A DNA stretch of 64,000 nt, from assembly GCA_963789395.1 (NCBI GenBank), contig CAWBKP010000019.1:96001-160000 (forward strand). Direction: 5' to 3'. Position numbers and translations under genes: made by a program. Of the stretch, positions 10,740 to 19,705 are shown piece by piece (within the stretch, counting starts at the first letter, position 1; each line of letters begins with the position of its first letter). The notes below the pieces were generated by a model that was given only the letters and a program-made list of their open reading frames with translations, ran no database searches and had not been told where the DNA came from. The stretch comes from an uncultured delta proteobacterium. Its GTDB lineage: Bacteria > Desulfobacterota > Desulfobacteria > Desulfobacterales > Desulfatirhabdiaceae.

Positions 10740-11560
10740 ATGCTTAGCTCAATGTATTCAGGTATATCCGGTTTAAATGCCAGTAACCAGCGAATGGCGG
10801 TTGTCGGCGACAATATCGCCAATGTCAATACCACAGCGTATAAGAGCTCGGAACTTTCGTTCGAGAGCTTGATCAACCAATCCGTTGGCGGGATATACAG
10901 GCCAGGAAATCGGCGGCGGGGTGTTACTGGGTGATCTCAGCTATGATTGGAATCAGGGGACCATCCAGAGAACATCGAATCCCTATGACATGGCTATTGC
11001 GGGCTCCGGATTTTTCATGGTCAAGGATGCCGCGGGGAATGCCTTTTACACCCGTGATGGTGAATTTAAATTCGATGCAACAGGAAATCTTCAGACTGCA
11101 TCGGGTATGGCGGTTCAGGGATGTAACTATTCCGATCCTCCGCCTACGGATCCCACTCTTGATGCCATAATTATTGATCCGGCAGCATATCAAGACATTT
11201 CAGTCGATGAAAATGGAGTGTATTGGGGCTGTAACCAAAGTCACGCCGCCTGCCGTCGGGGTGAAAACCGCCCTGTTTCAGGCGGTAATATGTGATACGA
11301 CCGATCGATCCGTAATGGCGAAAACCAATAAAAACCTCTACACAAAGACCACGGACGACGGCACCGATCCGCTGATACTCGGTACCCCGCGGGCTAAGGG
11401 ACTGGGTGGGGTCCAGTCGTCATCTCTTGAAATGTCCAATGTCGATATTGCCAAGGAATTTGTCAACATGATTACGGCACAGCGGGCATTTTCGGCCAAC
11501 TCCAAGGTCATCACAACCAGTGACGAAATTCTTCAGGAACTGGTCAATATCAAGCGGTAA
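10740..11560 (+). CDS. flgE: Flagellar hook protein FlgE, short form (~272 aa; frameshifts at ~10892 and ~11221)
   Basis: [63 protein letters not shown]; between flgD and flbD. Confidence 0.9.
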
Positions 11561-11650
11561 CTCCTGGAATGAACAGGTGGGACAAGGGGATGAGCAATAA
11601 TTTGCCCGCTGCCCCTTATCCTGAGCAGTCACAGATAAGGAGGCAGCTCA

Positions 11651-11884
11651 ATGATCAAGGTAACCCGTTTAAACGATATCGAAATGGTGGTGAATCCGGA
11701 GAAAATTCAGTCGGTTCAGGCCACACCCGATACCCTGATTACCTTTACGAACAAGGACCGTCTGATGGTCAAGGAACCTGTTGAAGAACTATCCAGAAGA
11801 ATAATGGATTACCGGCGAATGGTTTTTCAGAATCAAGTTTCGGTTGTAGATGTTCTTCAGCAGTTTCCGGACGTTCTTCACTGA
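11651..11884 (+). CDS. flbD: Flagellar protein FlbD/SwrD
   Basis: MIKVTRLN..VNPEKIQSVQATPDTLIT..VKE. Confidence 0.92.
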   Translation: MIKVTRLNDIEMVVNPEKIQSVQATPDTLITFTNKDRLMVKEPVEELSRRIMDYRRMVFQNQVSVVDVLQQFPDVLH

Positions 11885-11905
11885 TGAAAGAGGAGACTGG
11901 CTTTT

Positions 11906-12703
11906 ATGGATATCACGACATTGATGGGTATCCTGGTAGCGGGTGTGCTGGTGGTCAGCGCAATTCTGATGGGCGGTCCGGGGATGTGGTTTCTGGATTA
12001 TCCTTCCCTGATGATCGTTATCGGCGGGACCATGGGCGCAACGCTGATCGCTTATCCAATTTCTGAAGTGATGAGCGTTGTCGGTATTGCCAGAAATGCA
12101 TTTTTGCACCGCTATCAATCCCCGACAGCGCTGATTCCCATAATGGTTCAAATTGCCAAAAAAGCGCGGATTGAAGGCATCCTTTCATTTGAACCCCAGC
12201 TGAAAAAGCTGAACGATCCGTTTATGGTCAAGGGAATTCAGATGGCGATCGATGGGTTGGAATCCAGCGCCATTGAAGACGTGTTGACTACCGAAATCGC
12301 CTATGTCGGAGAACGTCATAAAATAGGCTCAGAAATATTTTCGACAATGGGCGCCTATGCGCCGTCAATGGGAATGCTGGGTACGCTTATCGGCCTGGTG
12401 CAGATGCTCAGGCAGATGAACGATCCCACGATGATCGGCGGGCCGATGGCGGTTGCCCTCCTGACCACGTTTTATGGCTCTGTACTGGCCAATCTGCTGT
12501 TTAATCCAATCGCCGGAAAGCTGAAAACCCGCAGCAAGCAGGAGATGCTGGTCAAACAGATGATTCTGGAAGGGATTCTGGCGATTCAGGCAGGGGACAA
12601 TCACCGGATTGTCGAGCAAAAACTGACGGCATTTATTTCCACAAAAACGCTTCAGAAAAACGTCTCTGGCAATATCCGCTCAATGCGTTCGGCAGAATTA
12701 TGA
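11906..12703 (+). CDS. motA: Stator A subunit (MotA/PomA/MotP type)
   Basis: SLMIVIGGT, ARIEGIL, APSMGMLGTLIGL, ALLTTFYG. Confidence 0.93.
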   Translation: MDITTLMGILVAGVLVVSAILMGGPGMWFLDYPSLMIVIGGTMGATLIAYPISEVMSVVGIARNAFLHRYQSPTALIPIMVQIAKKARIEGILSFEPQLKKLNDPFMVKGIQMAIDGLESSAIEDVLTTEIAYVGERHKIGSEIFSTMGAYAPSMGMLGTLIGLVQMLRQMNDPTMIGGPMAVALLTTFYGSVLANLLFNPIAGKLKTRSKQEMLVKQMILEGILAIQAGDNHRIVEQKLTAFISTKTLQKNVSGNIRSMRSAEL

Positions 12704-13435
12704 CCCCCGATTCCAGATTCGGCAACCCCAGCGACATATCCTCTGTTTCCAGCAACAGCTGGGCAGTGATATATGCAGGATTCATCATCATGCTGCTGTG
12801 TTTTTTTATCGTGCTGTGCTCATATTCTGTGACAGACAGCTCAAAACTGGCTTCGGTAGCCAAGTCGTTTTCAACGGCAGCCACAGGTTTTACGGGCGGG
12901 CAGCGGTTTGAATCCGGTGAAAACCGCTTTGCCGGTTGCTCCGGATATGGTAAGTGTTGACAGTGAGCTTGCAGGGCTATATAGCAATATCCAGGCAATG
13001 AGCAGTGATTTGGGGATGGAAAATGAGATTAAACTGTCGGTGTGCGAAAAAGGGGTCGTTCTTCAACTTTCCGACAGGATTTTGTTTGATGCAGGCCAGG
13101 CGGATATTCTGCCGGAAGCTAAAAGGCTGATTGAGCATGTGGGGGAGATTGTTGCAAATCATCCCGCATACAGTCTTCGTATTGAAGGGCATACGGACAA
13201 CGAGCCCATCCGCACCAGCCGATACCCATCCAACTGGGAGTTGTCCACTTCACGGGCCGTGAATGTTGTCCGGTATCTTCTGGATAAACGCATCATTGCA
13301 GCCGATCGCCTGCTGGCAGCAGGCTTTGGTGAATACAAACCCCTTTCCCCCAATGATACCCTGGAAAACAGGGCCAGAAACCGTCGGGTCGAGCTCCTTT
13401 TTTTTCGAAATGAAATTAAAAAGGTTGTTCAATGA
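12700..13435 (+). CDS. motB: Stator B subunit paralogue 1 (MotB/OmpA-like), TM Asp replaced by Gly; frameshift at ~12920
   Basis: WAVIYAGFIIMLLCFF TM helix; EGHTD, SNWELSTSRA, NRRVE. Confidence 0.85.
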
Positions 13436-14169
13436 GGACAAATAATTGTAGAATCAACTTCAAAGACGAACCTCAAGCTCCGGACCCCGCTGGATGGTTG
13501 ATACCCTTTAATGATTTGATCACCCTCCTGTTGGTTTTCTTTGTACTCCTGTTTGCAATGGGAAATATCAATGTTCATCAATCCGAAAAGCTTGTCGGCT
13601 CTCTTCACGGTGCGCTGGGGGTGCTGCTGGAAGGAAAAAAAATGGGTGTTCAGGTTGTCGGGCCAGTTCAGCCGACGGAGCCGGCAGATCAGGTAGTTTC
13701 CGCTGATGCTTCAAAAACGGTTTCCCAGCTTTCAGAATCATCCCGTAATGCGATGGATGATCTGGCCAATCAACCCGATATCACGGTTATTCAAACCCCG
13801 AAGGGAATGTTTATAACCCTTTCGGATGGCATTCTGTTCCAAAGCGGTGTTTCAGAACTGCGGCCTGAAGGATATCCGGTTTTGAATAAAATCATCCAGG
13901 TCCTTCAGAGCAATAAACTTGTCGTACGCGTTGAAGGGCACACCGACAATGTGTCGATACACAGCGGGCGTTTTCCGTCAAACTGGGATCTTTCGATTGC
14001 CAGAGCCGTTCATGTGCTCAAATACTTCATTGATACGGGAGAAATCGCGCCTCAGCGTCTTTCTGCGGTAGGTTATGGTGAATCCAAGCCGCTTTATCCC
14101 AATAACAGCCCCGCCAACAGGGGGAAAAACCGTCGTGTTGAGATTATTCTGGAGATGATGGACTCGTAA
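13432..14169 (+). CDS. motB: Stator B subunit paralogue 2
   Basis: WLIPFNDLITLLLVFFVLL; EGHTD, SNWDLSIARA, NRRVEI. Confidence 0.92.
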   Translation: MRTNNCRINFKDEPQAPDPAGWLIPFNDLITLLLVFFVLLFAMGNINVHQSEKLVGSLHGALGVLLEGKKMGVQVVGPVQPTEPADQVVSADASKTVSQLSESSRNAMDDLANQPDITVIQTPKGMFITLSDGILFQSGVSELRPEGYPVLNKIIQVLQSNKLVVRVEGHTDNVSIHSGRFPSNWDLSIARAVHVLKYFIDTGEIAPQRLSAVGYGESKPLYPNNSPANRGKNRRVEIILEMMDS

Positions 14170-14170
14170 T

Positions 14171-14632
14171 ATGTCTAAGAAAAACATTATTATTGTTACA
14201 GGGATTGCGCTGATTGTTTTGGCGATTATTGCTGGGGGATTTTTCATGCTGTGGCAGAAACTTTCCGCACTGGATAAACCCAAAGGGGGAGAACCCGCCC
14301 AAAAACCTGAAAAAAGCGAACAAGGCGGCATCGGCCCTATTTTCTCTCTGGATTCCTTTATTGTGAACCTGTCGGACCAGGGTGGAAAACGTTATCTGAG
14401 AATCACCATGGGCCTTGAACTGGGGGATCCGAAATCTGCAGAAGAGCTGACCAAACGTCTTCCACAAATCCGGGACAGTATTTTGATGACCCTGCCTTCC
14501 AGAAAGGTGGATGAGCTTCAAACCATGGAAGGCAAGAATTCGATTCGTTCCGAAATTATCTCCAATCTGAACGCATTGTTGGGTAAAGAGATCGTGAAAA
14601 AAATATATTTTACGGAGTTTGTTATCCAGTAA
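14171..14632 (+). CDS. fliL: Flagellar basal-body protein FliL
   Basis: N-terminal TM, FIVNL, PQIRDSI, IYFTEFVIQ. Confidence 0.95.
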   Translation: MSKKNIIIVTGIALIVLAIIAGGFFMLWQKLSALDKPKGGEPAQKPEKSEQGGIGPIFSLDSFIVNLSDQGGKRYLRITMGLELGDPKSAEELTKRLPQIRDSILMTLPSRKVDELQTMEGKNSIRSEIISNLNALLGKEIVKKIYFTEFVIQ

Positions 14633-14651
14633 CCTGCCTGCGAGCCATATT

Positions 14652-15644
14652 ATGTCTGACCAGATATTGTCACAGGAAGAGATTGACGCCCTTCTGGGCG
14701 CGATGGCCAAGGGCGAAGTAAATCTTGAAGCGGATATCGCTCCGCAGGGACCCAAAGTCGACACGTATGATCTGACGTCCCAGCGGATTATCATGCGGGA
14801 TGAATTTTATGCCCTGGGAGAGGTTTACGACAAGTTTACCGGAACGTTTCAGGGGGCGCTTTCCGCAAGCCTGCAGCGCACTGTGGAGGTTTCGCTGGTT
14901 TCAACGGAAATGGTTAAATATGGTGATTTCATCAAGGCATTCCCCAATCCGACCTGCTACAACATCTTCAGCATGGATCCCCTGATCGGATCCGGACTTC
15001 TTGTTATTGAAACGGATCTGGTGTTTTCTCTGATTGACTGCATGTTTGGCGGTGACGGAAAATCCCTGACCCAGGTCAGGGATTTTACCATGATTGAACT
15101 GCGGATGATGCGCAAATTTGCCGTGGAAGTGTTGTCCAATTTCGAGAAAGCCTGGGAATTTCTGTTTCCTGTCAAAATCGAATTGAAAAAAACCGAGACC
15201 AAATCCGAATTCGTCCACGTTGTTAATTCCAGTGATCTGGTGATGGTTATCGTGTTTCTCCTGCATGGAAAAGAATTTTCAGGCAATATCTACATGTGTG
15301 TGTCATATCTGATGCTGGAGCCGATAAAAGAAAAACTGTCCAGCAAATATCTGCGAGAAAAGGATATGGCTTATGCCTGGAAGCCTCAGCTGGAACATTT
15401 GCTGGACGACACTTCAGTCGAGCTGGTCGCGGAACTGGGAAGGACGGTTCAGTCCGTGAGCGACTTGCTGAACCTTCAGGTTGCGGACATTCTCAAACTC
15501 AATTCCGGTCCGGATGACCTGATTACCCTGAGTATCGGCAATGTTCCAAAATACATGGGTTTTCCCGGAGTTGCCAAAGGCAATCGCGCGGTTGAGATTA
15601 CCTCGTTGTTAAGTCCCAAAGGAGAGTATCATGACAATGGGTGA
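14652..15644 (+). CDS. fliM: Flagellar motor switch protein FliM
   Basis: ILSQEEIDALL CheY-binding motif, MFGGDG, C-terminal SpoA domain. Confidence 0.96.
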   Translation: MSDQILSQEEIDALLGAMAKGEVNLEADIAPQGPKVDTYDLTSQRIIMRDEFYALGEVYDKFTGTFQGALSASLQRTVEVSLVSTEMVKYGDFIKAFPNPTCYNIFSMDPLIGSGLLVIETDLVFSLIDCMFGGDGKSLTQVRDFTMIELRMMRKFAVEVLSNFEKAWEFLFPVKIELKKTETKSEFVHVVNSSDLVMVIVFLLHGKEFSGNIYMCVSYLMLEPIKEKLSSKYLREKDMAYAWKPQLEHLLDDTSVELVAELGRTVQSVSDLLNLQVADILKLNSGPDDLITLSIGNVPKYMGFPGVAKGNRAVEITSLLSPKGEYHDNG

Positions 15645-16008
15645 TTCAAATAAAATGAAATCCTCAGCCTCCAAGTCCGGCCCGGGCTCGACCGGAGCTG
15701 TGTCAGGGACCCATGGCAGTGGATCGGCGGATAAGTCCGCATCCCAAAAATCCAATATGGATTTTATTCTGGATATCCCCCTGGAGATTTCCGTGGAGCT
15801 GGGTCGAACCACCCTTATGATCAACGATCTGCTTAAACTGGGACAGGGGTCGGTTGTTGAATTGTCCAAAATCGCCGGCGAAACCCTTGAGGTGCTTGCC
15901 AATCAGCGATTGATAGCCAGAGGTGAAGTTGTTGTCATCAATGAAAAATACGGTATCCGACTGACGGAAATCATCAGCCCGATGGAGCGGATCGAAAGAC
16001 TGCGGTAA
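15631..16008 (+). CDS. fliN: Flagellar motor switch protein FliN
   Basis: DIPLEISVELGRT..GSVVEL..ARGEVVV. Confidence 0.96.
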   Translation: MTMGDSNKMKSSASKSGPGSTGAVSGTHGSGSADKSASQKSNMDFILDIPLEISVELGRTTLMINDLLKLGQGSVVELSKIAGETLEVLANQRLIARGEVVVINEKYGIRLTEIISPMERIERLR

Positions 16009-16328
16009 TGGATCAGCCCACTATTTTTTATACCGCCCTGAAGATGCTGGGGGTTCTGATGGTTCTTCTGGCAGGGCTGGTTGCCTGCCTTCATCTCATA
16101 AAACGCCTGCTGCATGCAGGATTGACCGGGAAAACGGATCATCTGATTCGCGTGCTGAATGTCCGTTCCGTCGGGATCAAAAAACAAATCGCCCTTGTCG
16201 AGGTTCCGGGTGCGGTTCTGGTTATCGGCATGGCTGGAGACCGCATGCAGCTGCTGGATAAAATTGTGGATACAGACATTCGAAACCAGATATCAGCGTC
16301 CAGCGCTCAGCGGACGGTTACGGATTGA
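16008..16328 (+). CDS. fliO: Flagellar biosynthesis protein FliO
   Basis: N-terminal TM, KKQIALVEV..LVIG; between fliN and fliP. Confidence 0.88.
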   Translation: MDQPTIFYTALKMLGVLMVLLAGLVACLHLIKRLLHAGLTGKTDHLIRVLNVRSVGIKKQIALVEVPGAVLVIGMAGDRMQLLDKIVDTDIRNQISASSAQRTVTD

Positions 16329-16436
16329 TGCGGATGGAATCGGCAAATGATAAAACACGGACGCTCCGGGCTGGTATGATGCCCATCAAGGATATGTCTG
16401 TCGTAGATCGGTTACATTCCCGGAAGAATCATCGCC

Positions 16437-17177
16437 ATGATGGTTATCGGGATACTGTTGACATCTGTGGCATGGGGGGCGGATCCGCAGCCTGCAGGCA
16501 GTTTCCCGATGATCTCCATTGCCATGGATAAAGCCAAGGGGCCTGAAGACGTTTCGGTTGTGATTCAGATTTTTGCAGCCCTGACCCTGCTGTCCATTGC
16601 TCCGGCGATTCTGATCATGCTGACATCCTTTACGCGGTTTATCATCGTGTTTTCCCTGCTCCGCCAGGCGATGGGCACCCAGCAGATGCCGCCGAATCAA
16701 ATCCTGATCGGCCTGGCCATGTTTCTGACGTTTTATGTCATGACCCCGGTCTGGCAGGATGTAAACCAGAATTCCGTCCAGCCGTATCTGGAGAAAAAAA
16801 TCAGCTCTGAACAGGCGATCAATACCGCCTTAACCCCCATCCGCAAATTCATGTACAAACAGATCCGGGAAAAAGACCTGGCGCTTTTTATCGAAATTGC
16901 CGGGCTTAAACGGCCGGATTCACCTGCGGATGTTCCAACAATGGTCATGATTCCATCGTTTATCATCAGCGAACTGAAAACGGCTTTTCAACTTGGGTTC
17001 ATGCTGTTTATCCCGTTTCTGATCATTGATATGGTGGTTGCCAGCGTGCTGCTGTCCATGGGCATGATGATGCTTCCGCCCATCATGATTTCCCTGCCGT
17101 TTAAATTGCTCCTGTTTGTTCTGGTGGATGGCTGGCATCTGATCGTGGGGTCTCTTGTCAAGGGATTTGTCTCATAG
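16437..17177 (+). CDS. fliP: Flagellar export gate FliP (true start may lie upstream, ~16328, across a frameshift)
   Basis: MLTSFTR, QQMPPNQ, ISELKTAF, MMMLPP, LVDGW. Confidence 0.96.
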   Translation: MMVIGILLTSVAWGADPQPAGSFPMISIAMDKAKGPEDVSVVIQIFAALTLLSIAPAILIMLTSFTRFIIVFSLLRQAMGTQQMPPNQILIGLAMFLTFYVMTPVWQDVNQNSVQPYLEKKISSEQAINTALTPIRKFMYKQIREKDLALFIEIAGLKRPDSPADVPTMVMIPSFIISELKTAFQLGFMLFIPFLIIDMVVASVLLSMGMMMLPPIMISLPFKLLLFVLVDGWHLIVGSLVKGFVS

Positions 17178-17250
17178 TCACCCCCCACAAGCGTATTCAC
17201 CGCATATCTTACCGGCCATGATTTGATGGAAATAGAAAGGAACAGAGCCG

Positions 17251-17520
17251 ATGACGCCGGAATTTGTAACGGGTTTTTTTATGGAGGCCATGAAAACAGC
17301 AGCCCTGCTGTCCATGCCCGTACTCCTGGTGGGTCTGATCGCCGGGGTTCTGGTCAGCGTGTTTCAGGCCGCAACCCAGATTAACGAAATGACGCTGGTG
17401 CTGATTCCCAAGATGATTGCGGTCGGCATCGCCCTGATCATCTTCTTTCCCTGGATGATGGAACTGATGGTGGACTTTACCCGTAACGTCATTGTCAATC
17501 TGCCGACTACCATTCGGTAA
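17251..17520 (+). CDS. fliQ: Flagellar export gate FliQ
   Basis: VSVFQAATQINEMTL..PK. Confidence 0.97.
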   Translation: MTPEFVTGFFMEAMKTAALLSMPVLLVGLIAGVLVSVFQAATQINEMTLVLIPKMIAVGIALIIFFPWMMELMVDFTRNVIVNLPTTIR

Positions 17521-17524
17521 CCGT

Positions 17525-18307
17525 ATGGCCACACTCAGTATTTCCCTGCTTCAGATTCAGCTTTTTCTGTTTATTTTTATACGTGTCAGCGCAATGACAC
17601 TGACCGTACCGGTATTTGACAGTCGGAATATTCCCGCAGTGTTCAAAATCGGACTTTGTTTTACCGTTGCCCTGGTGCTGTATCCGATTGTCAGGCTCGA
17701 GCCGGTTGCGCTGGCGCCTTCCGTGATTTCTTTTGTCATCGGCATTGCCTGTGAAATACTCACCGGCGTCATTATCGGCTTTCTGATCCGGCTGGTTTTT
17801 ACCGGCATTCAACTGGCGGGTGAATTGGTGGCGTTTCAAATGGGCTTTAGCGTAGCCAGCGTGATTGATCCCATGTCCAGCAGCCAGGTGCCCGTCATAT
17901 CCCAGACGATTTATATGTTTGCCATTTTGATTTTCCTGACGACCAATGCCCACCACTGGGTGCTTCGGGCCCTTGTCGAGAGTTTCAGCCTGATCCCGCC
18001 TTTTGGGTTTCATTCTTCTGGAAATCTGATGGCCCGCTTCATCCAGGCTGCCGGAGATATGTTTGTTATCGCTGTCAAGGCCGGTTCCCCCGTGATTGTT
18101 TCCCTGCTTCTGGTCAGTCTGGGCCTGGGTCTGGTCGGCCGGACCGTTCCGCAGATGAATGTGTTCATGGTAGCCACACCGGTGAATATATTGATCGGAT
18201 TTCTCTTTCTTTCCCTTTCGCTTCCGATGATGATGACGTTTTTAACGCAACTGCTGAACGGATTGGGAAAGGAAATACTTCAGATCATGAAACTGATGGG
18301 CCCATAG
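17525..18307 (+). CDS. fliR: Flagellar export gate FliR
   Basis: AGELVAFQMGF..DP, GRTVPQMNVF. Confidence 0.95.
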   Translation: MATLSISLLQIQLFLFIFIRVSAMTLTVPVFDSRNIPAVFKIGLCFTVALVLYPIVRLEPVALAPSVISFVIGIACEILTGVIIGFLIRLVFTGIQLAGELVAFQMGFSVASVIDPMSSSQVPVISQTIYMFAILIFLTTNAHHWVLRALVESFSLIPPFGFHSSGNLMARFIQAAGDMFVIAVKAGSPVIVSLLLVSLGLGLVGRTVPQMNVFMVATPVNILIGFLFLSLSLPMMMTFLTQLLNGLGKEILQIMKLMGP

Positions 18308-18316
18308 GAAAATTCC

Positions 18317-19377
18317 ATGGCAGATAGCGACCAGGAGAAAACCGAGCAGGCGACACCCAAGCGTGAGAGAGAAGCCAGGGAAGAAGGCCAGGTCATTCAC
18401 AGCAAAGAGGTTTCTTCAGCACTCATTCTTCTGGGCGCAATTGTCGCTTTTTATGCAGCCGGCTCCTGGATGGTTCACCGGATGGCCGGGGTGATGCAGC
18501 GATACCTCGGCGGTATGGGCGCAATTTCTTTAAGAGACGACTCGCTGCAGGCCCTGATAATCAATGTGATAAAAGACTTTGCGCTGATCGTATTCCCGGT
18601 GATGCTGGCAACGCTCGTCCTGGGGGTTGCTGCAAGTGTTTTTCAGGTCGGGTTTACGATCTCCACCAAGTCTCTATCGCCGAAATTTTCAAAGCTCAAT
18701 CCGATCAAGGGCTTTGGAAGACTATTTTCCCTGCGATCTTCCGTGGATGTCATCAAAGCTCTTGCAAAAATCCTGGTGCTGGGGGGGCTGGCCTATTCTC
18801 TGATTAAAGGCGAGACCAAGGCCCTGCCGTTACTCATCAGCATGGAGGTGATGGATATCTGGGCGTTTATCGGCAGGGTTTCGCTTCGAATCTGCCTCTA
18901 TACTTTTCTGGCCATGACCGCCATTGCAGCCCTGGACTACCTGTTTCAGTGGTGGCAGCATAACAGGACCTCCGCATGACCAAACAGGAAATCAAGGAAG
19001 AATCCAGGCAGACCGAGGGAGATCCCAAAGTCAAATCCCGTATCCGTTCGATCCAAATGGAAATGTCGCGGCGACGGATGATGGAAGGCGTTCCGGGTGC
19101 GACGGTCGTCATCACCAATCCGACCCACATAGCGATTGCCCTTAGATACGATTCTCATGACATGATGGCGCCCAAAGTGGTTGCCAAAGGCGCGGGCTTC
19201 GTTGCCGAAAAAATCAAGGAAATCGCCAGATCCAACCGCGTTCCTGTTGTTGAGAACAAGCCCCTTGCCCGCGCCCTGTTTAAAGCCGTGGAAGTCGGTG
19301 CCTATATCCCGCTGGAGATGTACCGAACCGTTGCCGAAATACTGGCCTATGTCTATCGACTGAAAGGGATCCGCTGA
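18317..19377 (+). CDS. flhB: Flagellar export protein FlhB (one frameshift at ~18965)
   Basis: [27 protein letters not shown] autocleavage site. Confidence 0.95.
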
Positions 19378-19442
19378 TTCATTTTCAAAGCCCCCTAAAA
19401 ACGCCTGCTGATTGACTGAACGGAAACTCTGTTTTTAAATAA

Positions 19443-19584
19443 AAATTCGAATATCGAAATTCGAAACAATGTTCGAAATTACTAAATCAAATGTTCAAAA
19501 CGGTTTATTTCAAACGAACTGTTTAGGCCATTTTGACTCTGGAATTTGAATTTGTTTCGAATTTCGATTTCGATATTCGAATTT
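19443..19584. repeat. Long imperfect palindrome built from TCGAAA/TTTCGA units (copy 1)
   Basis: Left arm aaattcgaatatcgaaattcgaaacaa; right arm ttgtttcgaatttcg(atttcg)atattcgaattt; intergenic between flhB and flhA. Confidence 0.85.
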
Positions 19585-19643
19585 AGGGTTTGAACTGATT
19601 TTTCGCTCAGACACAACCCGAATCCCTCCGCACTCTCTCTCTG

Positions 19644-19659
19644 TGGCACAATTCCTGCA
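19644..19659 (+). promoter_or_regulatory. Sigma54 promoter of flhA-flhF-flhG-fliA
   Basis: TGGCACAATTCCTGCA, GG-N10-GC. Confidence 0.82.
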
Positions 19660-19705
19660 TTGTTTTTCTGTAAATTCAACCCGTTTCCCTTTGTATCGGA
19701 AAGAC

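Noticed and set aside
18960..18980. Programmed frameshift or naturally split flhB
   Set aside because: No slippery-site or stimulator structure; same pattern as the many other indels in the window.
19643..19705. Longer FlhA N-terminus starting at GTG 19643
   Set aside because: It overlaps the sigma54 promoter; ATG 19706 fits better.
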